NCBI GenBank assembly: GCA_964016885.1
Contig: OZ024753.1
Span: 47,120,001 to 47,184,000, forward strand
Direction: 5' to 3'
DNA from: Eledone cirrhosa
Taxonomy: Eukaryota
Length of the DNA stretch: 64,000 nt
This document shows positions 10,615-23,199 of the stretch, one piece after another; position 1 is the first letter of the stretch, and every line of letters starts with the position of its first letter. Made by a program: the position numbers and the translations under genes. The notes under the pieces are model-generated. The model had not been told where the DNA came from. It saw only the letters and a program-made list of their open reading frames with translations, and made no database searches.

Positions 10615-11381
10615 AGCAAGGCAAATCGCGCATAAAATAACGCTTATATTGAGAAAATAAAACAAAAATTTCAATGTTGCACTCTTGTTTGTTGTTCTTT
10701 TATTTTACGTAAATATTTCGCTGCTCTAGCCTCTTATTTCCTATTAGATTACACTTAATTCCATTAAACATTCATTCTTAGTCTCGTGGTAAACTATTTC
10801 ATCTATATTTATATCGCTGTTACAGCCTTTTATTTCTACATCTATCACCTATAGCCACTGTTACGCCGGTAGTATAAGTAGCTTTATAACAAGAAACGAT
10901 GATATAACTCCACAAAATGTCTTCTTGAGCAAGACACTTCACCTCATATTGCTCCAGTACACCGAGTTACACATAGACAGATACATACATACACATATAT
11001 ATGTACACAGATAGAAATAAGAGGGAGATAGAGTAAAAGATGGAAAGATAGTGTAAAAGATTTAAAGAGAGGGTGAGAGTGTGACACACATTTATCTGTC
11101 TATCTCTCTCTATTTTAACACCGGTCGTTATAATTAGTTTTATAACACCGCTATATTACCGACATGAAAGAGGTAAATAATTATTTCTTAAATGTTTAGA
11201 ACATGTTTCTCTTGTCTTCTTAAATGTATAGAACATGTTTCTTATTTATATTCTTAACATAGCTAGGACCTTATCTCATTTACTGGTCTCTACTTTTAGG
11301 GCTTTGCTGGTCCCATGTGCCCTCCATGAAGACACACTCGCCCCTTCTCTCTCAGTCTCCGTACTAATTACTACACATACG

Positions 11382-13601
11382 TATATATATTTATTTTAAG
11401 AAACCTTAATGACAAATAATATAAAGTGTTTGTAAAGTGGGGAAGAGTAGTTTTACGGTGGGGTTGTTATATAGATATCGTTTTTGCAGTGGGGTCGTGA
11501 CTGGCGTATAATAATGAGTCACTGTTGATGTATATACAAATCATATTTTGGATATAAGTGAAGTTATTTAAGAGATTTAGTTGTTTTGTATACATTCATA
11601 ACGGTACGCGATGGGACCCACCCACAGCCCCGGCGGACAGAATGGAGAAGGCGTTTCCCCGGAGCACGGCAAGGGAGACGCGCTGGAAAAGCCACTCCAA
11701 CTCGCGGGGCTCACACCTGCGGCTGGCCAGCTCAGCGCCTATGGTGGTGAGTAAGGAGGTAGCCCTGGGGCCGAGGACACCAGAAGTCTCCACTTCCAGG
11801 GGTACGACCGCAAACCTGTCCCAGAGTGAACGATATGTGAGCAGTTTGGCCCTCTCAGCCTGACGTGCAGCAGAACCTGGGCCAGTCGCAGACTGCACCA
11901 GGTTGCGGCTGCAGAAAGTGTCGGTGCAAGTGGCATCCCAGACGAGGGGTTTGCCACCGCGGAACGGGAAGATGGTCATGCCATCTGGCCTTTTGCCGTC
12001 CCCTGGAGCTGGGAAGGGAAGCCTGCAGCGTCCAAGCCATGCTTAATGATTTCGTTGAGGGCAGCATGGCGTGGATTGCGGCTGGCACTGTGGCGACAGG
12101 AAAGCGGGTGGAGGCCGAAAGAGTCCATGGTGGAACGGCAGCGACATTGGTGTGAGGCCGAGCCTCAGGGAAACGCCGATGCGCAAGCTATGGTTGTCTA
12201 GCTGCGTGCGAGTGGAGAAGGAGGGCAGGGCATGGAGCCAGGCCCCACTGTGGGGTTTGGAGGCCGCACGAAAACAAACAAGGCGGTGCTGGTCGAGCTG
12301 GCACGTGAGCCTGTCTGAGGCCAGGCTGCACTGGATGGCATCCCAAGTGTGTTGGGGGGGGACTTGACGTCAACAGGGGGAGAAGGAGGAGGAACGTCTA
12401 CTGGGCTAAGTCCCAGCCGGTGCCACGTCTCACAGGCGGCCACGCGTTCTCTGAACACAGAGGGTTCTGTTGTGTTTTGAAGAAACCTGCTGAGGTGGAC
12501 GTGGTACGAGGTTACCGACGAAAGATACGCCGGCAAAGCTAGTGAGATCGGGGACTGGAGGCGAAGGTCGCCATACCTGATAGGTAAAGTTGCATATCTC
12601 ATCGGCTGCTGCTCGGATACAAGTCTGGGTGTAGCACAGAGTGTATAGAGGAGCTTCGGCATGGCGTAGCAGTTCCTCAGCAGAAAGAGAACTGGGTGGC
12701 CATCAATCAAGCCCAGTCGGCTCGTGAGAGTCTGAACTTGATGGTGGAGCGGATGGCCGGCGGGTGGATCGGTGAGGGCATCCTCTTTGGGGGTCACCTG
12801 AACCTGGCGGAGAATGGACCGCACGTCCAAGACGGAGACTGCAAAGCTTGCAGCATCGAGGCTGACATTCACCACCTCCGACTTGGCTGAGTTGACCTGG
12901 AGGTCGATTCCCGCCAGCGCAGGAACCACCGATTGAAGGTCATGGCAGACCGCCTGTACGGGCCCACCCAAAGTAGCATCATCCAGATACCAAACGTTGA
13001 GAGGGGCCGTTATACTCCGGGCGATGTGGTCAATACCAAGGGTGAACAGGAGGGGTCCCAAAGGGTTGCCCTGTTGGATCCCAGTAGCCAAGGGTATGAC
13101 CGCATCAGCAGCATGTCGCATGCTCGGGGCTCCATATGACAGCTAGGCAGAGGGGGCTCGGCTGAGGCAGGCCTCGAGCAGATGATCCCAGCGTAAAGAG
13201 TTGAAGGCATTCCTCATGTCAAACTTGACAATGAGGTGGCTGGAGTCCCTGGATGCCGGTTCCGAGTGTTACGGACTTGCAGGTTACCTTGGCAGCCAGC
13301 CTCCGGAAGACATTGCCCACAGCAATGGGGCGTATGCCACCCTCTTTCTTCCTGAGAGCGGTGAAGCTGGCTGAAAAAAAGAGGCCTCGAGCATAAGAGT
13401 CCAGGGCGCCATGGATGAGCCTATTGGTGAGCGCCACAATTGCACTCAGAAGGCGGCGCCCGGCCTCAGCGGAGAGGGGAGATATCAACTCCTTGAGGAG
13501 GCCTGGTCAGAGACCATCAACATCACCGCAGCTGCTAGCTGGGAAGGACCTGATGGCGGACATGATGTCTGCATCAGAAGCCACAAGGAGCAAGTGTGGA
13601 T
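11382..13601 (-). mobile_element. Decayed CRE-clade retrotransposon, unit 2 (B variant)
   Basis: As unit 1; retains CRC..H..C zinc knuckle and the RPDG motif. Confidence 0.9.
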
Positions 13602-14052
13602 TACAATACAAAACCTCTGAGAATAATTTCTAAGATATTTCACCATAATTAATTTTCATCAATATATATTAATATTATTATTGTTTATTAGGTCAGGTGG
13701 ATTGGCCAGAACAATTCTACTCTTCTTTTTTAGATGTCACGATTTTTCATGGCATTCCTGAGATCATTAATCTCCAGCTGGAGATCCAGAGACATCTGAT
13801 GTATGTAGGTGAACCTCAGTCATCCCACTTGGCTCTTACTATGTTTAGGTATCCACCACAGGAGCCAGCTCATCAGGTCATCCTACCCTCAGCAGCAATG
13901 TCCAGCATCTATTGATTTCCGCTCCCTAGTTATTGTGGTAATCTTCGATATCTGGGAATATATTTCTTCTGCTTAAGGGAGTAATAAATATATAGTTTTA
14001 AAAAAAACATATATATACACACACATATATATATGTTGTCATTTATAAGAGT

Positions 14053-14190
14053 TCTCTATCAAAAGCCTTCTCTATGTCCAAAGCTAAGTATAGTGGCTTA
14101 TTTTTCTCTAAGAACCTCTTTTGTAGTTGTCTCACTAAGAAGAGGGCATCTGTTGCACTTTTCAGCGGCACAAAACCAAACTGCATCTCA
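14053..14190 (-). mobile_element. RTE RT fragment (short units; truncated at 4423/31872 in long units)
   Basis: EMQFGFVPLKSATDALFLVRQLQKRFLEKNKPLYLALDIEKAFDR is homologous to the RT at 6500-6640. Confidence 0.85.
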
Positions 14191-14246
14191 TACACATACA
14201 TACATATACATACATACATACATACATATACACATACATACATACA

Positions 14247-14430
14247 TCATCATCATCATCATCATCATCATTTCGTTTTAAGTCCGCTTTTTCCCTGCTT
14301 GTAAGGGTGGGACGGGAACTGATTCTGGCTTGATTTCTACAGCTGGATGCCCTTCCTAACACCAACCTCATTTACAGTGAGTGCTGAGTGCTTTTTTGCC
14401 GTGGCACCTCCACGACCACTTTGCAGTGGA
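14247..14430 (-). mobile_element. RTE 3' tail with (GAT)n (all short units)
   Basis: Reverse complement of GGTGTTAGGAAGGGCATCCAGCTGTAGAAA..AAAAGCGGAC..AAAC(GAT)n, same tail type as 8070-8218. Confidence 0.85.
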
Positions 14431-14456
14431 ATGATATGGACCCCAGTCCCTATCAT

Positions 14457-14599
14457 CTCATTTCTACAGCTGAGTAAACTGGAGCAATGTGAAATAAAGT
14501 GTCTTGCTCAAGGAAACAACACATCACCCGGTCTGAGAATTGAACTCACAACTTTTCGATTGCCAGGCCAATGCTCGAACCACTAAGCCATGTGCCTCC
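14457..14599 (-). mobile_element. tRNA-derived CORE-type SINE, unit 2
   Basis: A box TGGCTTAGTGG, B box GAGTTCAATTC, CORE-like CCTTGAGCAAGACACTTTATTTCACATTGCTCCAG. Confidence 0.85.
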
Positions 14600-15054
14600 A
14601 TATACATATACATATACATACACATACATATACATACATATATATATACATACATACATATATACACATACATACATACACATATACCTACATATACATA
14701 CATAGATATATATATATACATAATATAAATATACATACATACACATACATAAGCATATACACATAAGTATATATACATATACATACATACATATATACAC
14801 ATACATACATATATACATACATACACACATATATACATATACACATACATACATATACATACATATACACATACATACATATATATATATACATACACAC
14901 ACATATATACATACACACACATATATACAAACACATACATATACACATATATACACATACATACACATACATATACATACATATACACATATACACTCAT
15001 ATATACATATACATACATACACACACATACATACATATATACATATACATACAT
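14600..15054 (+). repeat. Compound (CATA/CA/TA)n microsatellite (all short units)
   Basis: Directly visible. Confidence 0.97.
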
Positions 15055-15603
15055 AAAGACAAATCCACCTCATGGACGAGAATGCAAGGGCTCCTCCTCT
15101 TTGTTTCGGCCGCGGATGGCTAACCCTAACCCCATCCCCGCTCCCCACCGCTCCCAACCTCCAAACGCAATCCAAAACTTCAGAGTTGGTACCATTAATG
15201 TAGGCACCTTATAGGGTGGCTCTAACGAGGTTGTAGAAATGCTTGAACGTAACGAGGTCGATGTTTGTTGTATTCAAGAGACCAGGTGGAGGGGTGGGTC
15301 TGCTAGATTCATCGTGGGTAAAGAACGATGCTATAAGCTTTTCTGTGTGGCAAATGACAATGGGCTGGGTATACACATACCACCCCACCACCCCACCGCA
15401 AAGTGGTCGTGGAGGCGCCGCGGCAAAAAAGCACCCAGCCCACACTGTAAAGCTGACGTGGAGGTGCCACGGAAAAAAAAAAGCACCCAGCACTCACTGC
15501 AAACGGGGTTGGCGTCAGGAAGGGCACCCAGCTGTGGAAACCAATCCAGAATCAGCTCCCACCCCACCCTTGCAAGCATGGAAAAGCGGACGTATGATGA
15601 AGT

Positions 15604-15607
<4 letters not shown>
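15055..15607 (+). mobile_element. Internally deleted (5'+3' bipartite) RTE, unit 2
   Basis: [44 protein letters not shown] (APE N-terminus) joined directly to the RTE 3' UTR and tail. Confidence 0.85.
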
Positions 15608-15648
<41 letters not shown>

Positions 15649-16390
15649 TATATATATACACATATATATATACACACATATATATCAGTGTACATATATA
15701 TATACATATATATATATATATAAATGAATATTTATTCAATTTAAAGCGCCAATTATCTATATATAACAAGATATGAATTTTTCTAGGGATGGGGGAAATT
15801 TTCAGTTTGTTTTTATATTTTCACTTCATTTTTTACTTTCTATTTAATACAGTCTTTGATCCAATATAATCCTGACAGTATTTGAACCAGTTTACCTCAT
15901 ATATATGTATGCACACACAACACTCAAGTTTCGCCATCTACTGCTATTTCATTCATATTTATTGTTTAATTAACTCTGGTCTAATTCATCAACTATTGTT
16001 AATTATATTATTACGTAGATTTCTTATAAAATCTAGTGCATATATACGTGTATATATACAGGGAGACACTGTAATAGATGTAAAGAGAGTGGGAGATAGA
16101 GTTATAGAAGTAAAGAGAGGGGGAGAAATAAGCGGTAGATAGAGTAATAGATGTAAAGAGAGGGTTAGAACGTTCAACTTGACAGTCAGTACAATGTTCA
16201 GCATGGTAGCCAGTACATATGCCAACTACCCAACCGGCCAGCCAGCCGGATATGCGGTTGACTGGCCAGTTGGGCGGTTGGTATGTGGAACGTTCAACTA
16301 CGCAGTCAGTACCAAAGTTCAACATTGTAGCCAGTGCATATGCCGATCGCCGCGCCCTCTTTGCTCTATTTTAATGACCTGGAACTAAGT

Positions 16391-16503
16391 AAAAAGAGTA
16401 GGAGATAACTCGACAAGAGCGGAGAGGTTGAGATTCGAACCATGTAAAGTCGTTGGCTCCTGAAGTTCGTAAGCGGGGCTGCTACTGACTGTGCAGCGCC
16501 GGC
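16391..16503 (-). ncRNA. Candidate Pol III tRNA-like RNA gene, unit 3
   Basis: As 769-881 with private substitutions. Confidence 0.55.
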
Positions 16504-17284
16504 AGCAAGTCAAATCGCGCATAAAATATGGCTTATATCGACAAAAAAAAAAAAAAAATTTCAATGTTGCACTCTTGTTTGTTGTTCTTTTATTTTACGT
16601 AAACATTTCGCTGCTCTAGCCTCTTATTTCCTATTAGATTACACTTAATTCCATTAAACATTCATTCTTAGTCTCGTGGTAAACTATTTCATCTATATTT
16701 ATATCGCTGTTACAGCCTTTTATTTCTACATCTATCACCTATAGCCACTGTTACGCCGGTAGTATAAGTAGCTTTATAACAAGAAACGATGATATAACTC
16801 CACAAAATGTCTTCTTGAGCAAGACACTTCACTTCATATTGTTCCAGTACACCGAGTTACACATAGACAGATACATACATACATACACAGATAGAAATGA
16901 GAGGTAGATAGAGTAAAAGATTTAAAGAGAGTGTGAGAAGTACGAGTTAGATAATGTAAAAGATTTAAAGAGAGGGTGAGAGTGTGACACACATTTATCT
17001 GTCTATCTCTCTCTATTTTAACACCGGTCGTTATAATTAGTTTTATAACACCGCTATATTACCGACATGAAAGAGGTAAATAATTATTTCTTAAATGTTT
17101 AGAACATGTTTCTCTTGTCTTCTTAAATGTATAGAACATGTTTCTTATTTATATTCTTAACATAGCTAGGACCTTATCTCATTTACTGGTCTCTACTTTT
17201 AGGACTTTGCTGGTCCCATGTGCCCTCCATGAAGACACACTCGCCCCTTCTCTCTCAGTCTCCGTACTAATTACTACACATACG

Positions 17285-19478
17285 TATATATATTTATTTT
17301 AAGAAACCTTAATGACAAATAATATAAAGTGTTTGTAAAGTGGGGAAGAGTAGTTTTACGGTGGGGTTGTTATATAGATATCGTTTTTGCAGTGGGGTCG
17401 TGACTGGCGTATAATAATGAGTCACTGTTGATGTATATACAAATCATGTTTTGGATATAAGTGAAGTTATTTAAGAGATTTAGTTGTTTTGTATACATTC
17501 ATAACGGTACGCGATGGGACCCACCCACAGCCCCGGCGGACAGAATGGAGAAGGCGTTTCCCCGGAGCACGGCAAGGGAGACGCGCTGGAAAAGCCACTC
17601 CAACTCGCGGGGCTCACACCTGCGGCTGGCCAGCTCAGCGCCTATGGTGGTGAGTAAGGAGGTAGCCCTGGGGCCGAGGACACCAGAAGTCTCCACTTCC
17701 AGGGGTACGACCGCAAACCTGTCGGAGAGTGAACGATATGTGAGGAGTTTGGCCCCCTCAGCCTGACGTGCAGCAGAACCTGGGCCAGTCGCAGACTGCA
17801 CCAGGTTGCGGCTGCAGAAAGTGTCGGTGCAAGTGGCATCCCAGACGAGGGGTTTGCCACCGCGGAACGGGAAGATGGTCATGCCATCTAGCCTTTTGCC
17901 GTCCCCTCGAGCTGGGAAGGGAAGCCTGCAGCGTCCAAGCCATGCTTAATGACTTCGTTGAGGGCAGCATGGCGTGGATTGCGGGTGGAGGCCGAAAGAG
18001 TCCATGGTGGAACGGCAGCGACATTGGTGTGAGGCCGAGCCTCAGGGAAACGCCGATGCGCAAGCTATTGTTGTCTAGCTGCGTGCGAGTGGAGAAGGAG
18101 GGCAGGGCATGGAGCCAGGCCCCACTGTGGGGTTTGGAGGCTGCACGAAAACAAACAAGGCGGTGCTGGTCGAGCTGGCACGTGAGCCTGTCTGAGGCCA
18201 GGCTGCACTGGATGGCATCCCAAGTGTGTTGGGCGGGACTTGACGTCAACAGGGGGAGAAGGAGGAGGAACGTCTACTGGGCTAAGTCCCAGCCGGTGCC
18301 ACGTCTCACAGGCGGCCAGGCGTTCTCTGAACACAGAGGGTTCTGTTGTGTTTTGAAGAACCCTGCTGAAGAGGACGTGGTACGAGGTTACCGACGAAAG
18401 ATATGCCGGCAAAGCTAGTGAGATCGGGGACTGGAGGCGAAGGCCGCCATACCTGACAGGTAAAGTTGCATATCTCATCGGCTGCTGCTCGGATACAAGT
18501 TTAGGTGTAGCACAGAGTGTATAGAGGAGCTTCGGCATGGCGTAGCAGTTCCTCAGCAGAAAGAGAACTGGGTGGCCATCAATCAAGCCCAGTCGGCTCG
18601 TGAGAGTCTGGACTTGATGGAGGAGCGGATGGCCGGCGGGTGGATCGGTGAGGGCATCCTCTTTGGGGGGTCACCTGAACCTGGCGGAGAATGGACCGCA
18701 CGTCCAAGACGGAGACTGCAAAGCTTGCAGCATCGAGGCTGACATTCACCACCTCCGACTTGGCTGAGTTGACCTGGAGGTCGATTCCCGCCAGGGCAGG
18801 AACCACCGATTGAAGGTCATGGCAGACCGCCTGTACGGGCCCACCCAAAGTAGCATCATCCAGATACCAAACGTTGAGAGGGGCCGTTATACTCCAGGCG
18901 ATGTGGTCAATACCAAGGGTGAACAGGAGGGGTCCCAAAGGGTTGCCCTGTTGGATCCCAGTAGCCAAGGGTATGACCGTATCAGCAGCATGGCGCATGC
19001 TTGGGGCTCCATATGACAGGTAGGCAGAGGGGGCTCGGCTGAGGCAGGCCTCGAGCAGATGATCCCAGCGTAAAGAGTTGAAGGCATTCCTCATGTCAAA
19101 CTTGACAATGAGGTGGCTGGAGGCCCTGGATGCCGGTTCCGAGTGTTACGGACTTGCAGATTACCTTGGCAGCCAGCCTCCGGAAGACATTGCCCACAGC
19201 AATGGGGCGTATGCCATCCTCTTTCTTCCTGAGAGCGGTGAGGCTGGCCGAAAAAAAGAGGCCTCGAGCATAAGAGTCCAGGGCGCCATGGATGAGCCTA
19301 TTGGTGAGCGCCACAATTGCACTCAGAAGGCGGCGCCCGGCCTCAGCGGAGAGGGGAGATATCAACTCCTTGAGGAGGCCTGGTCAGAGACCATCAACAT
19401 CTCCGCAGCTGCTAGCTGGGAAGGACCTGATGGCGGACATGATGTCTGCATCAGAAGCCACAAGGAGCAAGTGTGGAT
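17285..19478 (-). mobile_element. Decayed CRE-clade retrotransposon, unit 3
   Basis: As unit 1 with an extra 1-nt frameshift (G6 run near 18665). Confidence 0.9.
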
Positions 19479-20333
19479 TACAATACAAAACCTCTGAGAA
19501 TGATTTCTAAGATATTTCACCATAATTAATTTTCATCAATATATATTAATATTATTATTGTTTATTAGGTCAGGTGGATTGGCCAGAACAATTCTACTCT
19601 TCTTTTTTAGATGTCACGATTTTTCATGGCATTCCTGAGATCATTAATCTCCAGCTGGAGATCCAGAGACATCTGATGTATGTAGGTGAACCTCAGTCAT
19701 CCCACTTGGCTCTTACTATGTTTAGGTATCCACCACAGGAGCCAGCTCATCAGGTCATCCTACCCTCAGCAGCAATGTCCAGCATCTATTGATTTCCGCT
19801 CCCTAGTTATTGTGGTAATCTTCGATATCTGGGAATATATTTCTTCTGCTTAAGGGAGTAATAAATATATAGTTTTAAAAAAAACATATATATACACACA
19901 CATATATATATGTTGTCATTTATAAGAGTTCTCTATCAAAAGCCTTCTCTATGTCCAAAGCTAAGTATAGTGGCTTATTTTTCTCTAAGAACCTCTTTTG
20001 TAGTTGTCTCACTAAGAAGAGGGCATCTGTTGCACTTTTCAGCGGCACAAAACCAAACTGCATCTCATACACATACATACATATACATACATACATACAT
20101 ACATATACACATACATACATACATCATCATCATCATCATCATCATCATTTCGTTTTAAGTCCGCTTTTTCCCTGCTTGTAAGGGTGGGACGGGAACTGAT
20201 TCTGGCTTGATTTCTACAGCTGGATGCCCTTCCTAACACCAACCTCATTTACAGTGAGTGCTGAGTGCTTTTTTGCCGTGGCACCTCCACGACCACTTTG
20301 CAGTGGAATGATATGGACCCCAGTCCCTATCAT

Positions 20334-20476
20334 CTCATTTCTACAGCTGAGTAAACTGGAGCAATGTGAAATAAAGTGTCTTGCTCAAGGAAACAACACA
20401 TCACCCGGTCTGAGAATTGAACTCACAACTTTTCGATTGCCAGGCCAATGCTCGAACCACTAAGCCATGTGCCTCC
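20334..20476 (-). mobile_element. CORE-type SINE, unit 3
   Basis: As 14457-14599. Confidence 0.85.
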
Positions 20477-20967
20477 ATATACATATACATATACATATAC
20501 ATACACATACATATACATACATATATATATACATACATACATATATACACATACATACATACACATACATACACATATACATACATATACATACATAGAT
20601 ATATATATATACATAATATAAATATACATACATACACATACATAAGCATATACACATAAGTATATATACATATACACACGTATATATACATATACATACA
20701 TACATATATACACATACATACATATATACATACATACACACATATATACATATACACATACATACATATACATACATATACACATACATACATATATATA
20801 TATACATACACACACATATATACATACACACACATATATACAAACACATACATATACACATATATACACATACATACACATACATATACATACATATACA
20901 CATATACACTCATATATACATATACATACATACACACACATACATACATATATACATATACATACAT

Positions 20968-21516
20968 AAAGACAAATCCACCTCATGGACGAGAATGCAA
21001 GGGCTCCTCCTCTTTGTTTCGGCCGCGGATGGCTAACCCTAACCCCATCCCCGCTCCCCACCGCTCCCAACCTCCAAACGCAATCCAAAACTTCAGAGTT
21101 GGTACCATTAATGTAGGCACCTTATAGGGTGGCTCTAACGAGGTTGTAGAAATGCTTGAACGTAAGGAGGTCGATGTTTGTTGTATTCAAGAGACCAGGT
21201 GGAGGGGTGGGTCTGCTAGATTCATCGTGGGTAAAGAACGATGCTATAAGCTTTTCTGTGTGGCAAATGACAATGGGCTGGGTATACACATACCACCCCA
21301 CCATCCCACCGCAAAGTGGTCGTGGAGGCGCCGCGGCAAAAAAGCACCCAGCCCACACTGTAAAGCTGACGTGGAGGTGCCACGGAAAAAAAAAAGCACC
21401 CAGCACTCACTGCAAACGGGGTTGGCGTCAGGAAGGGCACCCAGCTGTGGAAACCAATCCAGAATCAGCTCCCACCCCACCCTTGCAAGCATGGAAAAGC
21501 GGACGTATGATGAAGT

Positions 21517-21520
<4 letters not shown>
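20968..21520 (+). mobile_element. Internally deleted RTE, unit 3
   Basis: As 15055-15607. Confidence 0.85.
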
Positions 21521-21559
<39 letters not shown>

Positions 21560-22301
21560 TATATATATACACATATATATATACACACATATATATCAGT
21601 GTACATATATATATACATATATATATATATATAAATGAATATTTATTCAATTTAAAGCGCCAATTATCTATATATAACAAGATATGAATTTTTCTAGGGA
21701 TGGGGGAAATTTTCAGTTTGTTTTTATATTTTCACTTCATTTTTTACTTTCTATTTAATACAGTCTTTGATCCAATATAATCCTGACAGTATTTGAACCA
21801 GTTTACCTCATATATATGTATGCACACACAACACTCAAGTTTCGCCATCTACTGCTATTTCATTCATATTTATTGTTTAATTAACTCTGGTCTAATTCAT
21901 CAACTATTGTTAATTATATTATTACGTAGATTTCTTATAAAATCTAGTGCATATATACGTGTATATATACAGGGAGACACTGTAATAGATGTAAAGAGAG
22001 TGGGAGATAGAGTTATAGAAGTAAAGAGAGGGGGAGAAATAAGCGGTAGATAGAGTAATAGATGTAAAGAGAGGGTTAGAACGTTCAACTTGACAGTCAG
22101 TACAATGTTCAGCATGGTAGCCAGTACATATGCCAACTACCCAACCGGCCAGCCAGCCGCATATGCGGTTGACTGGCCAGTTGGGCGGTTGGTATGTGGA
22201 ACGTTCAACTACACAGTCAGTACCAAAGTTCAACATTGTAGCCAGTGCATATGCCGATCGCCGCGCCCTCTTTGCTCTATTTTAATGACCTGGAACTAAG
22301 T

Positions 22302-22414
22302 AAAAAGAGTAGGAGATAACTCGACAAGAGCGGAGAGGGTGAGATTCGAACCATGTAAAGTCGTTGGCTCCTGAAGTTCGTAAGCGGGGCTGTTACTGAC
22401 TGAGCAGCGCCGGC
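22302..22414 (-). ncRNA. Candidate Pol III tRNA-like RNA gene, unit 4
   Basis: As 769-881. Confidence 0.55.
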
Positions 22415-23199
22415 AGCAAGGCAAATCGCGCATAAAATAACGCTTATATCGACAAAAAAAAAAAAAAAATTTCAATGTTGCACTCTTGTTTGTTGTTCTT
22501 TTATTTTACGTAAACATTTCGCTGCTCTAGCCTCTTATTTCCTATTAGATTACACTTAATTCCATTAAACATTCATTCTTAGTCTCGTGGTAAACTATTT
22601 CATCTATATTTATATCGCTGTTACAGCCTTTTATTTCTACATCTATCACCTATAGCCACTGTTACGCCGGTAGTATAAGTAGCTTTATAACAAGAAACGA
22701 TGATATAACTCCACAAAATGTCTTCTTGAGCAAGACACTTCACTTCATATTGCTCCAGTACACCGAGTTACACATAGACAGATACATACATACATACATA
22801 CACAGATAGAAATGAGAGGTAGATAGAGTAAAAGATTTAAAGAGAGTGTGAGAAGTACGAGTTAGATAGTGTAAAAGATTTAAAGAGAGGGTGAGAGTGT
22901 GACACACATTTATCTGTCTATCTCTCTCTATTTTAACACCGGTCGTTATAATTAGTTTTATAACACCGCTATATTACCGACATGAAAGAGGTAAATAATT
23001 ATTTCTTAAATGTTTAGAACATGTTTCTCTTGTCTTCTTAAATGTATAGAACATGTTTCTTATTTATATTCTTAACATAGCTAGGACCTTATCTCATTTA
23101 CTGGTCTCTACTTTTAGGGCTTTGCTGGTCCCATGTGCCCTCCATGAAGACACACTCGCCCCTTCTCTCTCAGTCTCCGTACTAATTACTACACATACG

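Noticed and set aside
15120-15133. Telomeric CTAACCCTAACCC
   Set aside because: Only two repeats, and they encode ANPNP at the RTE ORF start
14524-15175. Long Y/V/C/M/I-rich ORFs here and H/T/Y-rich ORFs at 4754-5538, plus their copies
   Set aside because: Stop-free translations of microsatellite and minisatellite DNA
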